Assembly (NCBI GenBank): GCA_038212275.1
Contig: JBBQUR010000001.1
Location: forward strand, 256,001 to 320,000
Length of the DNA: 64,000 nt
DNA from: Planctomycetota bacterium
GTDB lineage: Bacteria > Planctomycetota > B15-G4
Direction: 5' to 3'
Made by a program: the position numbers and the translations under genes
Notes under the pieces: generated by a model
What the model saw: the letters and a program-made list of their open reading frames with translations, nothing else
Told to the model about the DNA's origin: nothing
The model's database searches: none
Shown here: piece by piece, positions 19,815-28,611 of the stretch
How the letters are laid out: each line of letters opens with the position of its first letter
How positions within the stretch are numbered: the stretch's first letter is position 1

Positions 19815-20330
19815 ATGGCGCAGATCGAACAGACGACGCCCGAGGCCGACGGAGAGAGGCGCTGGTTGCTTCAGCTCCCTGCTGCCGAGGCTGCGCTCCT
19901 CACCGCGCTCCCCGAGCAACTCGCGCGGCTGCTGGCAAGTCCCGAGCGCAACCGGCGCCTCATCGCGCGACTCTTTCCGGCCAGCTACAGCGACCCGGCT
20001 CAGGAAAAGGAGCATCGCGCGCTGCTCGGGTCGTCACTGCTCGACAGCCGGCGCGAACTGCTCCAGGAGGTGCGCATGCTCTTCGCCAGCGGGACGCGCC
20101 ATCGCAAGGGGCTCCGCATCAGGCTGAGTCCTGCGGGCGCCGACCAGCTCCTGCGCTTCGTCAACGACATGCGCCTCGTGCTGGCCACCGACCTCGGCGT
20201 CGAGAAGAACCTCGGCGAGCTGACCATCGCCGCCGACGACCCCAACGCGCCCAAGTACGCCCTGCTCGTCTACCTCGGCGGGCTGGAGTCGGCGCTCGTG
20301 GACATGCTCATCGGGGACCAGGGCTTCTGA
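19815..20330 (+). CDS. DUF2017-like protein
   Basis: RLFPASYSD and NDMRLVLAT motifs; position downstream of clpS as known for this family. Confidence 0.75.
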   Translation: MAQIEQTTPEADGERRWLLQLPAAEAALLTALPEQLARLLASPERNRRLIARLFPASYSDPAQEKEHRALLGSSLLDSRRELLQEVRMLFASGTRHRKGLRIRLSPAGADQLLRFVNDMRLVLATDLGVEKNLGELTIAADDPNAPKYALLVYLGGLESALVDMLIGDQGF

Positions 20331-22104
20331 CGGCGGCCCCGTCCGGCCCCGCGCTTTCCCAGAGCTGTTCGCCGGACGGCATGGTTTCGATGAGGTGCAG
20401 GCCGGCCACCGCTTCGTCGGTCGGCTCTCGGCGCTGCGTGACCAGCACTCCGTCGGGGTGCTGCTGCAGCCAGCCTGCGACCTCGCGGCCCGGCATGCTG
20501 GCGATGGGCTCGCGGAGCTGTCCGAAAAAGTCGAACTGAGCGCGGTACTTGCCCAGCCACGCGATCGGGCGGCCATCGAGCTGCAACGCCGCCACGCGCG
20601 TCGCGGCGACGCGCAGGTCACGCTGCACGAGGGGCGCAGGCGGTGCGCCGAGGTGCACCGCGACGAAAAGCGTGGCGCAGACGCAGGCGAGCAGCGTCAT
20701 GGCTCGCGGGAGCGTGCGCGGGACGGCTGACGCGATGGCGAGACCCACGCCGAAAAGGGCGACGCCAGCGATCGCCGACGTGCCCGCAAGGTCGGCGCGA
20801 TCGAGCGGCGCCCAGCCCTGGGCGGCGAAGACGAGCGCGGCACCGCACGCCGCGAGCAGCAATCCGGGCACGAGCGCCTCGTGTCGCGGACGCCGCGGCC
20901 CGGCGCCCGGCTTCACACCGTGTCCGCCTTCGCCGCCGACGAGCGAAGCCGCGGCGTCGGTCTCCGCCGCGTGGCGCACGAGCGACGCGGTGGCGAGCAG
21001 CGCGAAAGCCGGCAGTTCGGGGAGCAGATACTGCTCCTGCTTCGAACCGATGGCCGACAGGATCAGCAGTGCGGGCAGCGACCAGGCCAGGCAGAAGCGC
21101 ATGCCGCTCACGCCTGCCGCCGCTCGCGGCACGGCGGCGGACGTCGGCCCGCCCGCGCTGCGCCCGGAGCGGGCCGCGCGCCACAGCCGTGGCCAGAGAC
21201 TCCACGGAAAGAGCATCAGGGGGAGCATCGCGACGTAGAACCACCAGGGCTCGGCGTGCGGGACCTCGGCGCTGTTGGCGAGGCGCGAGCTGGCCTGTCC
21301 CCAGAGCAGGGCCTCGCGATAGGCGCTGCCGCCCGCGTTGCCCGCCGGGATGACCCAGAGCAGAGCGAGCGCCACACCGAGCAGCACGGCGAGGGCCACG
21401 CGCGAGGCCCAGGCCAGTCCGCGTGTCGCGGGCCCGTCGGCCTCGCGCGTCCTGCGTCCGCCAGCCGGGTCGGTGCCGTCGCGGCCTGCTGCGGATGGGG
21501 ACCACCAGCGCACGGCCAGAGCTACCGGCAGCACGTGCACCAGCAGCACCGGGCCCTTCAGCAGGAAGCCCGCGCCGAGGCCGAAGCTGCACAGCAGCCA
21601 GCCACGTACGCCGCCTTCCTGCCGCGCGACGAGCAGGCCGAGCAAGCTCAGCAGCGTGGCGCTCACGAGCAGCATGTCGAACATCAGGAAAGTGCTCCAC
21701 GCCACGAACAGCGCCGAGCCGCACAGCATGAGCGGAGCCAGTGGGGCGACGGCTGGCGCCGGAGCAGGCGCGGCGGGGAAGAGCCGGCGTGCGAGCCGCG
21801 AAGTCAGCCACAGAGTTGCCAGCGCGGCCAGCGGAGAGATGAGCCGGGGCCACCACGCGTTCACGCCGAAGACAGCCCAGCCTGCGTGCATCAGCCAGAA
21901 GAGCAATGGCGGCTTGTCGGTGTACAGCGCGCCGCCGAGGCGCGGCACGAGGAAGTCGCCGCGCGCCCACATGCCCCAGGCGATGCCGAGGTAGCGCGTT
22001 TCGTCCACGGGCCACGCGGGACGCGCAGCCAGCGCCGCCGCCGTGCTGGCGATGACGAGGATCAGGCAGGTGAATGCCGTGCGACTCATCGCTTCAGCCT
22101 GCAC
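20308..22104 (-). CDS. ArnT/PMT-like (GT-C) membrane glycosyltransferase
   Basis: DETRY, DKPPLLFW, FDML, LKGPV, HAEPWWFY, SKQEQYLLP; many TM segments. Confidence 0.9.
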   Translation of the reverse strand: MQAEAMSRTAFTCLILVIASTAAALAARPAWPVDETRYLGIAWGMWARGDFLVPRLGGALYTDKPPLLFWLMHAGWAVFGVNAWWPRLISPLAALATLWLTSRLARRLFPAAPAPAPAVAPLAPLMLCGSALFVAWSTFLMFDMLLVSATLLSLLGLLVARQEGGVRGWLLCSFGLGAGFLLKGPVLLVHVLPVALAVRWWSPSAAGRDGTDPAGGRRTREADGPATRGLAWASRVALAVLLGVALALLWVIPAGNAGGSAYREALLWGQASSRLANSAEVPHAEPWWFYVAMLPLMLFPWSLWPRLWRAARSGRSAGGPTSAAVPRAAAGVSGMRFCLAWSLPALLILSAIGSKQEQYLLPELPAFALLATASLVRHAAETDAAASLVGGEGGHGVKPGAGPRRPRHEALVPGLLLAACGAALVFAAQGWAPLDRADLAGTSAIAGVALFGVGLAIASAVPRTLPRAMTLLACVCATLFVAVHLGAPPAPLVQRDLRVAATRVAALQLDGRPIAWLGKYRAQFDFFGQLREPIASMPGREVAGWLQQHPDGVLVTQRREPTDEAVAGLHLIETMPSGEQLWESAGPDGAAVRSPGPR

Positions 22105-22164
22105 AAGCAGGGCGGCACTTCCTAGGGCCTGAGGCTTCCGTCGGCCCGACTTGCTGCCGTCTCC

Positions 22165-23223
22165 TCAGCCGAGTGGCTGCTGGGCTCCGACGCGCGCCTT
22201 GTGCAGGCGCTTCGCGGTGGTGCTTCCCTCGATGCTGCCGTCCATGAGGGGCGTGCCCTCGAAGACGTTGAACGGGTCCGACCGCGTGCCGAGCAGCTCG
22301 GCGCTGTAGTTGTGGCCGCTCTTGCGGTTGTTTTCGGCCCATTGCTCGGGGCAGGTCTCGAGCAGGCAGAAGCTCTTGTGCACGATGAACTTCTCGTACA
22401 TGCGCTTGTGGATGTCCGCCAGCGGCTCGTCGGCGATGTTGCCGTAGATCGCGTGGATGCGGTCGCAGGTCATGACGTCACCGTCATTGGTGACGTAGAG
22501 CTTGTGTGTGCCGGCCGGGCAGCGGTCCTTGCCGCTCCAGAAGAGGTTGTCCTCGCGGCAGCGCGGGTGGTAGCGCATCTTCCAGTAGTACTCGCTGTCC
22601 ACGCCGACGTTGTTGTAGATCATCGGGTAGTTGAACAGCACCGAGAAGTCGTCCTCCTCGGCCATCTTGAAGGCGAACTCGATGTTCTCGCGCTCCTTGA
22701 GCAGGTTCACCACCGAGAGCGTGACCGAGATGCCCTGCTCGACGCAGTACTGCGCGAGCTCGCGCTTGAAGCTCTTGAGGTAGTAGCCGCCGTAGCTCAT
22801 CTGGATCGTGGAGAGCCCGGCCTTTTTCAGGCGGTCGATCTTCTCCTTCGTGAGCAGCGTGCTGTTGGTGACGAGCGAGATGACGACGTCCTTAGGGATC
22901 GCGTCCACGACCTCGTAGATGTCCTTGCGGACCATCGGCTCGCCGCCGGTCACGTTCACGTGGATGAGCCCGAGCGCGTGCGCGTCGCGGGTGAGCTTCG
23001 CCACCGTCTCCACCGTCATGTCCGGCGGACGCTTCTGGGCCTTCATGAGGTCTTCGGCGTAGCAGAACTCGCAGTCGAGATTGCAGATCCACGTGACGGC
23101 CAGTTCAAGGCTGCGCAGCGTGCGGATGCCGGCGCGCATCTTGGCCTCGGACGCGAGCACGCGCATGGCCTGGCTGGGCGACTTGACGCCGAGCGAGAAC
23201 TGCTTGATGGCCTTCTTGAGCAT
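22165..23223 (-). CDS. Radical SAM protein with short SPASM/Twitch-like C-terminus
   Basis: CNLDCEFC (CxxxCxxC), TGGEP, CPAG...GDVMTC...YGNI...CLLETC. Confidence 0.9.
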   Translation of the reverse strand: MLKKAIKQFSLGVKSPSQAMRVLASEAKMRAGIRTLRSLELAVTWICNLDCEFCYAEDLMKAQKRPPDMTVETVAKLTRDAHALGLIHVNVTGGEPMVRKDIYEVVDAIPKDVVISLVTNSTLLTKEKIDRLKKAGLSTIQMSYGGYYLKSFKRELAQYCVEQGISVTLSVVNLLKERENIEFAFKMAEEDDFSVLFNYPMIYNNVGVDSEYYWKMRYHPRCREDNLFWSGKDRCPAGTHKLYVTNDGDVMTCDRIHAIYGNIADEPLADIHKRMYEKFIVHKSFCLLETCPEQWAENNRKSGHNYSAELLGTRSDPFNVFEGTPLMDGSIEGSTTAKRLHKARVGAQQPLG

Positions 23224-23365
23224 GAAGTCGTGCGTCCGGAGGTGAGCCGGGAAGTGTACCGGATGTTATCGGCAGAGCTGGCGCCGGACTGTTTCCGGAG
23301 TGGTCTGTCGGCTGCGGGATGGGGCCGCTCGACGCTCCCTGTTCCGGAGCGCGGGAGGCTGCGGC

Positions 23366-23986
23366 CTACTCGCGATCGAGGAAGATCACGCCGTCGATGA
23401 CCCCGAGGCGCAGCGCATCGTCGGTGGACATGTCCAGCGCGGTGGGAATGCTCTTCTCGGCCCACACGGCGTCGTGGTTCAGGAAGCGGCCGATGTAGGC
23501 ATTCTCGAGCCGGCGGCAGAGCTGCACGTACTTCTCGTCCGGCGGCGGGTATTCCTCGCGGTCTTCTTCGCCGTCTTCCGGCTCCTCGGGCTCGTCCCAG
23601 ACCATGCGGTGGATGAGCAGCACGGAGTTCTCGAAGGCGGTGCGCACGCCGGTGCCGGCCATCAGGATGATGCAGGCCGCGCTCTGCGCGAAGCCCATGC
23701 ACACGGTGTTCACCCGGCAGGGGATGCCGTGCATCGCATTGATGATCGCGCAGGCGGCCTCGACGTCTCCGCCGACCGAGTTGATCAGCAGGTCCACGGA
23801 CTCGACCGGGTTTTCCTCGGCGAAGGTCAGGAGCTGGCCGACCACGCGCTCGGCGACGGCCGCGTTGATGTCCCCGAAGAGGAAGACGCGGCGCTTGCCT
23901 GCGAAGGATTGTCGTCGGGGCACGGAGGTCGATGTCGCGGAGGGAAAAGGGTCGGGGAAGCTTGACGGGGTGCGGCGCTCTGCCAT
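23366..23986 (-). CDS. ClpP-family protease, atypical
   Basis: RRVFLFGDI, INSVGGDV, TVCMGFAQSAA (Ser), LLIHR (His), ALRLGVIDGV; start 7 nt after TGcTATGCT. Confidence 0.85.
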   Translation of the reverse strand: MAERRTPSSFPDPFPSATSTSVPRRQSFAGKRRVFLFGDINAAVAERVVGQLLTFAEENPVESVDLLINSVGGDVEAACAIINAMHGIPCRVNTVCMGFAQSAACIILMAGTGVRTAFENSVLLIHRMVWDEPEEPEDGEEDREEYPPPDEKYVQLCRRLENAYIGRFLNHDAVWAEKSIPTALDMSTDDALRLGVIDGVIFLDRE

Positions 23987-24157
23987 GGGAGGCAGCATAG
24001 CAGCGGCGAGGGGCGGGCGCCCCCGATGCTTCCCGGCCAAGGCGGGCCGCCCGGACTTCGCGCGCCGGCGATCCGACGCGAGCACCTGTCCGCAATCGGT
24101 GCGGGGGCTGCTAATCTCGTCCTTGTCCCGGCCTTCGCCAGCCCGCTCGAGTCCTCC

Positions 24158-26374
24158 GTGCCGACAGCACCTCACGCCGCTTTCGTGTCGGGCCGCCGCC
24201 GGGAAGCCAGCGCTCCGCTCGCAGGAGCCGTCGCTTTCGCGCGCTCGGTGGCGCTGCGCGCGAGGCCCGCGAGGCCCGCGAGGCCCGCGAGGCCCGCGAG
24301 GCCCGCGAGGCCCGCGCTGCTGGCGCTGCTGGTAGCCGGCCTGGTGTCGTGCGGCGAGGCGAGCCATGCGCCGCCGGTCGCCGCGCCGCCCACGCTGCCC
24401 GATGCGCCACCCGTGGTCGTGGAGGTCAAGGCGCTCGACATCATCGAGGCCTTTGCGAGCGACGACGGCCGCGTGAAGATCCTGGCCCAGAACGCGCAGC
24501 AGCCGCTCTACTGCGGCCCCGGCAATTTCGAGAAGGACACGCAGCTCGCCTCCGATGCCGCGCACAAGGTCATCGATGCCCGCGCCGAGAGCGCCTTCGA
24601 GATCACGGTGGGGCCGCTGGGCAAGGGGGCGCGACTGCTGGCGCGCACGCTGGTCTACAGCTCCTTTCCACACGATCCGGCGCGCGCAGATCCCGCTCCC
24701 GTCACGTACCGCATTCTCGTGAACGGCACCGAGGCTAAGGCGCTGAGAAGCGACTACATCCTCGAGCCGGGCCCGAGCGAGCATCCCTACGACCAGTTCA
24801 TGCGCACGCTCTCGGTACCGCTTGATGCCGCGGAAGCCGGGCCGGTGACGCTGCGCTTCGAGACGACGCGCCTCGGCGCGCCGGAACCCGGGCCGGGCGT
24901 CGTGGTGCCCGAGCCGCTCTGGTGGGACCTGGTCGTGCTGCAGCCGGTGGCCGTGCCGCGCGCGCTGGCGGATCGCGCCCATCCCAACGTGCTCATGCTC
25001 GTCGTGGACACGCTGGCCGCAGGCCGCATGTCGCTGCACGGGTATGAGCGCCCGACGACGCCGGAGATCGAGCGCTTCGCGACGCGCGGCCTGCGTTTCG
25101 AGCGCGCGCTCTCGATGTCGAGCTGGACGCTGCCGGCGACGGCCTCGCTGCTCACTGGCCTGGCGCCCAATGAGCACGGCGTGCTCGGCTACAAGCGCAA
25201 CTATCTCATGGACGGCGTCCTCACTTGGCCCGAAGTGCTGCGCCAGCAGGGCATGGAAGGCGGCGCCTTCGTGGCCAACACGCTCATCTCGCGCGCCAAC
25301 AACTTCCAGCAGGGCTTCGGCCACTGGGAGCAGGCCAACGACGAGACCGCCGAGCAGCTCAACGCGCGGCTCCTCGCGTGGTTGCAGTCGCAGCCGCCCG
25401 GAGCGCGCTGGTTCGCCTACGTGCACTACATGGATCCGCACGCGCCGTACGACGCCCCGGGCGCCGCGCGCGACCGCTTCTCGGGAGGCACGCCGGCGCC
25501 GGCGGAGCTGTCACGCCTTCGCCCGGAGAGCGTGCTGCGCGGCGAGACGCCGCCGCCCGACGCAGCCGCGCGCGCGCAGCTCGTGAATCTCTACGACGGC
25601 GAAGTGGCCTACTTCGATGCGTGCTTCGGCGCGCTCATGGCAGCGCTGGAGGCGCGCGGTCTCGCCGACGACACGGTCGTGCTGCTCACCGCGGATCACG
25701 GCGAGGAACTCTTCGAGCACGGCCGCTGGGGACACGGCTTCTCGCTCTACAACGAGATGCTGCACGTGCCGCTGGTGGTCGCCGGGCCCGGCTTCTCGTC
25801 CGGCGGCGTGCGCGACGATCCCGTCAGCACGGCCGCCGTCGCGAGCCTGCTGCTGGGGGCCGCGCACGCGCCGCCGGCGCCCGATGCGCTGGCCATGCTG
25901 CCTCCGCCGGCGCCCGGCGAGTGGCGCCCCGTGATGTCGCTGGTGCGCACCGAACTCTTCGGCCCGAAGCGCACGCTCGTGTCCGCGCAGACCGCCACGC
26001 ACAAGGACATCTGGGTGCAGGCCGAGCAGGACGAGGCCGAACAAGTCGACGAGGTCTTCGATCTCGGGGCCGACCCGGACGAGCAGCACCCGCTGATCTT
26101 CACGCATCCGAGTGGCGACGAGGCGCAGCACAGCCTGCAGCGCCTGATCGACGAGACGCGTGCATGGTCGCGCGCCACGGCTGCGCGTCGGCCCGCCGAG
26201 CCGCAGCCGCAGAATCCGCAGATTCTCGAATCGCTGCAGGAGATCGGCTACGTCGGCGACGGCAAGCTCAAGTCGCCGCCGGTGCACGCTCCGGACGCGC
26301 AGAAAACCAGGGATGCGAAGGACGCGCAGGACGCGCAGGACGCGCAGGACGCGCAGCCGGAGCCACCGAAGTGA
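24158..26374 (+). CDS. Sulfatase/alkaline-phosphatase superfamily lipoprotein
   Basis: PNVLMLVVDTL, SSWTLPATASLLTG, HYMDPHAPY, YDGEV, TADHGEE, HVPL; lipobox GLVSC. Start inferred downstream of TGcTAATCT (24109-24117). Confidence 0.85.
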   Translation: MPTAPHAAFVSGRRREASAPLAGAVAFARSVALRARPARPARPARPARPARPALLALLVAGLVSCGEASHAPPVAAPPTLPDAPPVVVEVKALDIIEAFASDDGRVKILAQNAQQPLYCGPGNFEKDTQLASDAAHKVIDARAESAFEITVGPLGKGARLLARTLVYSSFPHDPARADPAPVTYRILVNGTEAKALRSDYILEPGPSEHPYDQFMRTLSVPLDAAEAGPVTLRFETTRLGAPEPGPGVVVPEPLWWDLVVLQPVAVPRALADRAHPNVLMLVVDTLAAGRMSLHGYERPTTPEIERFATRGLRFERALSMSSWTLPATASLLTGLAPNEHGVLGYKRNYLMDGVLTWPEVLRQQGMEGGAFVANTLISRANNFQQGFGHWEQANDETAEQLNARLLAWLQSQPPGARWFAYVHYMDPHAPYDAPGAARDRFSGGTPAPAELSRLRPESVLRGETPPPDAAARAQLVNLYDGEVAYFDACFGALMAALEARGLADDTVVLLTADHGEELFEHGRWGHGFSLYNEMLHVPLVVAGPGFSSGGVRDDPVSTAAVASLLLGAAHAPPAPDALAMLPPPAPGEWRPVMSLVRTELFGPKRTLVSAQTATHKDIWVQAEQDEAEQVDEVFDLGADPDEQHPLIFTHPSGDEAQHSLQRLIDETRAWSRATAARRPAEPQPQNPQILESLQEIGYVGDGKLKSPPVHAPDAQKTRDAKDAQDAQDAQDAQPEPPK
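24260..24316 (+). repeat. 9-bp tandem repeat (GCGAGGCCC) x6, encoding (ARP)n in the signal region
   Basis: Read directly; in-frame unit. Confidence 0.95.
26321..26356 (+). repeat. 9-bp tandem repeat (GACGCGCAG) x4, encoding (DAQ)n
   Basis: Read directly at the 3' end of the sulfatase-like gene. Confidence 0.95.
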
Positions 26375-26712
26375 GTGCACCGTCGCCTGCCGTGCAGCGC
26401 CTGCGCGCCTGCCGCTCCGACGAACTCCTCGAGGGACATGTGCTCAGTCGCGTCCTTGGCGGCCGCCCGGTGGCGCTGCTGCGCCGCGCAAGCATCGTGT
26501 GTGCCTTCGGCGCCCTGTGTCCGCACCAGCAGGCCGACCTCGCCGAGGGGCTCGTGCTGGATGGCGGCATCACCTGCCCGGATCACCTGTGGCACTTCGA
26601 GCTTCCCGGCGGCCGCTGCACCAACGTGCCCGGCGCCGCGCTACCGGTGTACCCGGTCGTGGAACAGGATGGGGCGATCTACGTGGAGCTCGCGCCGCGA
26701 GGTAGCCGGTGA
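26371..26712 (+). CDS. Rieske [2Fe-2S] ferredoxin
   Basis: CPHQ...CPDHLWHF motifs at the end of track ORF 25225-26712; GTGA overlap with the upstream stop. Confidence 0.9.
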   Translation: MSAPSPAVQRLRACRSDELLEGHVLSRVLGGRPVALLRRASIVCAFGALCPHQQADLAEGLVLDGGITCPDHLWHFELPGGRCTNVPGAALPVYPVVEQDGAIYVELAPRGSR

Positions 26713-27377
26713 GGAGTGAGTCAGCGCACGGCACACCGGGAGCTGGTCCGGACGCCCCGACGGTCGCCACGCCGAGTGCTGCCTTCAAGCTGGCGAGCCG
26801 CACGCCGCCGACGTGGGCACCCGCTGCGGCGCGAGACCTGCACGCGCTGCTCTCGGACCACGCGCATTGCGAGCTGAAGGCAGCGGCCTCCGGACTCAGC
26901 CTGCTCAAGCGCCAGCCCGTGGGGGCCGGTCACGTGCCGCGCCTGCTGGCGCTGGTCCGCGAGGAAGTGGAGCACGCCCAGCGCGTGCTGCGCGAACTCG
27001 AGGTGCGCGGCTGGTCGCTGCTGCCCGACAGCCGCAGCCCCTACATGACCGGCCTGCTCGCGGCAGCGGGTGCACCGCGCAAGCGCCAGGACGGATACGT
27101 GGACGCGATGCTCGTCTCGGCACTCATCGAGGCGCGCTCTCATGAGCGCTTCGAGCGCCTGCTCGAGTGCGCGGAGCTGACCGAACTGGCCCCTCTGTAC
27201 CGCGTGCTGGCCGAGGCCGAAGCGCGGCACGGAGCTCTGTTCGTGGAGTTGGCCTGCGCCGCCGCACCGCGGGAGGCCGTCCGAGTCCGCCACGCGGAAC
27301 TGGCTGCGGCCGAGGCCCTGCTGATCGCCGAACTGCCCTGCGCGCCCAGGGTCCATTCGGGCCATCCGAGGGCCTGA
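26709..27377 (+). CDS. miaE: tRNA-(ms2io6A37) hydroxylase MiaE (di-iron)
   Basis: DHAHCELKAA, EEVEH, LIEARSHERF, EAEARH, RVHS. Confidence 0.88.
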   Translation: MRSESAHGTPGAGPDAPTVATPSAAFKLASRTPPTWAPAAARDLHALLSDHAHCELKAAASGLSLLKRQPVGAGHVPRLLALVREEVEHAQRVLRELEVRGWSLLPDSRSPYMTGLLAAAGAPRKRQDGYVDAMLVSALIEARSHERFERLLECAELTELAPLYRVLAEAEARHGALFVELACAAAPREAVRVRHAELAAAEALLIAELPCAPRVHSGHPRA

Positions 27378-27428
27378 ACGGCCCAGGAGAGGAGTTCTCC
27401 TTGCCCCGGAGCGGGGACATCCGGGGCA

Positions 27429-27450
27429 TTCACGAGATCTTCACGCAGCC
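27429..27450 (+). promoter_or_regulatory. Candidate Pho box (TTCAC direct repeat, 11-bp period)
   Basis: ttcacgagatc ttcacgcagcc about 80-100 bp upstream of pstS. Confidence 0.5.
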
Positions 27451-27527
27451 GGGTTCGAATTCCCACGCGGTCCGGCCATCTTCCGGGCGCGACGAATCCC
27501 GACCACGAACGACGGAGATCCGATGTC

Positions 27528-28505
27528 ATGAAGAGTTTCATCCGCCCGGTGCTCGCCGCGCTGCTCCTTCACACGGCCGTGTCCGCGCAGGCCGTCAGCG
27601 TCGATCCTGCACTGCCCGAGTACACGCCGGTGCAGGGCGTGTCCGGCAGCCTCAAGAGCGTCGGCTCCGACACGATGAACAACGAGATGGCGCTCTGGGC
27701 CGAAGGCTTCAAGCGCCTCTACCCGAGCGTGAAGATCGAGATCGAAGGCAAGGGCAGCTCCACCGCGCCGCCCGCGCTCGTCAAGGGCAGCGCGCAGTTC
27801 GGCCCGATGAGCCGCGAGATGAAGTCCGAGGAGATCGAGGACTTCGAAAAGGCCTTTGGCTACAAGCCCACGTCGCTGCCGACCAGCATCGACATGCTCG
27901 GCGTCTACGTGAACAAGGACAACCCGATCGAAGGTCTCACGCTGCAGCAGCTGGACGCGATCTTCAGCAAGTCGCGCAAGGGCGGCGCCGATCGTGACGT
28001 GCGCACCTGGGGCGACCTCGGACTCACGGGCGAGTGGGCGGACAAGCCGATCTCGCTCTACGGCCGCAACAGCGCCTCGGGCACGTACGGCTACTTCAAG
28101 GAACACGCGCTCTTCAAGGGCGACTACAAGGACGAGGTCAAGGAGCAGCCGGGCAGCAGCTCGGTCGTGCAGGGCGTCGCGAGCGACCGCTACGGCATCG
28201 GCTACAGCGGCATCGGCTACAAGACGGCCGACGTGCGCGCGGTGCCGCTGGCACACGCGGCCGGCGAGGACTTCGTGGCCGCGGAGCCGGAGAACGGCTA
28301 CTCGGGCGACTATCCGCTGTCCCGCTACCTGCTGCTGTACGTGAATGTGAAGCCGGGCACCGCGCTCGACCCGCTGCGACGCGAGTTCGTGCGCTACGTG
28401 CTGTCGCACCAGGGTCAGGACGAGGTGGTGAAGGACGGCTACCTGCCGCTGCCCGCCGCGGTCGCCAGGGAGTCGTTGCGCAAGGTCGAAGTGCCCGGCG
28501 TCTGA
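27528..28505 (+). CDS. pstS: Phosphate ABC transporter substrate-binding protein
   Basis: SVGSDTM, GKGSSTA, GPMSR, GRNSASGTYGYF, YPLSRYL; signal peptide; first gene of the pst operon. Confidence 0.95.
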   Translation: MKSFIRPVLAALLLHTAVSAQAVSVDPALPEYTPVQGVSGSLKSVGSDTMNNEMALWAEGFKRLYPSVKIEIEGKGSSTAPPALVKGSAQFGPMSREMKSEEIEDFEKAFGYKPTSLPTSIDMLGVYVNKDNPIEGLTLQQLDAIFSKSRKGGADRDVRTWGDLGLTGEWADKPISLYGRNSASGTYGYFKEHALFKGDYKDEVKEQPGSSSVVQGVASDRYGIGYSGIGYKTADVRAVPLAHAAGEDFVAAEPENGYSGDYPLSRYLLLYVNVKPGTALDPLRREFVRYVLSHQGQDEVVKDGYLPLPAAVARESLRKVEVPGV

Positions 28506-28547
28506 GCGGGGTCCCCTTGGCACTACGCCAGCACGAGTCCGAGACGC

Positions 28548-28588
28548 GAGGCGGGATCGGGTGGTCGCAAGCCACCGGATCCCGCCTT
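28548..28588 (+). other. Intercistronic stem-loop between pstS and pstC
   Basis: ggcgggatc-g-ggtgg-tc-GCAA-g-ccacc-g-gatcccgcc, GNRA loop, no clear U-tract. Confidence 0.65.
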
Positions 28589-28611
28589 GATTTGCAGGGC
28601 TCTGGACCACC

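Noticed and set aside
24260..24316. Tandem repeats as phase-variation switches
   Set aside because: The 9-bp units preserve the reading frame, so they cannot switch the gene on or off.
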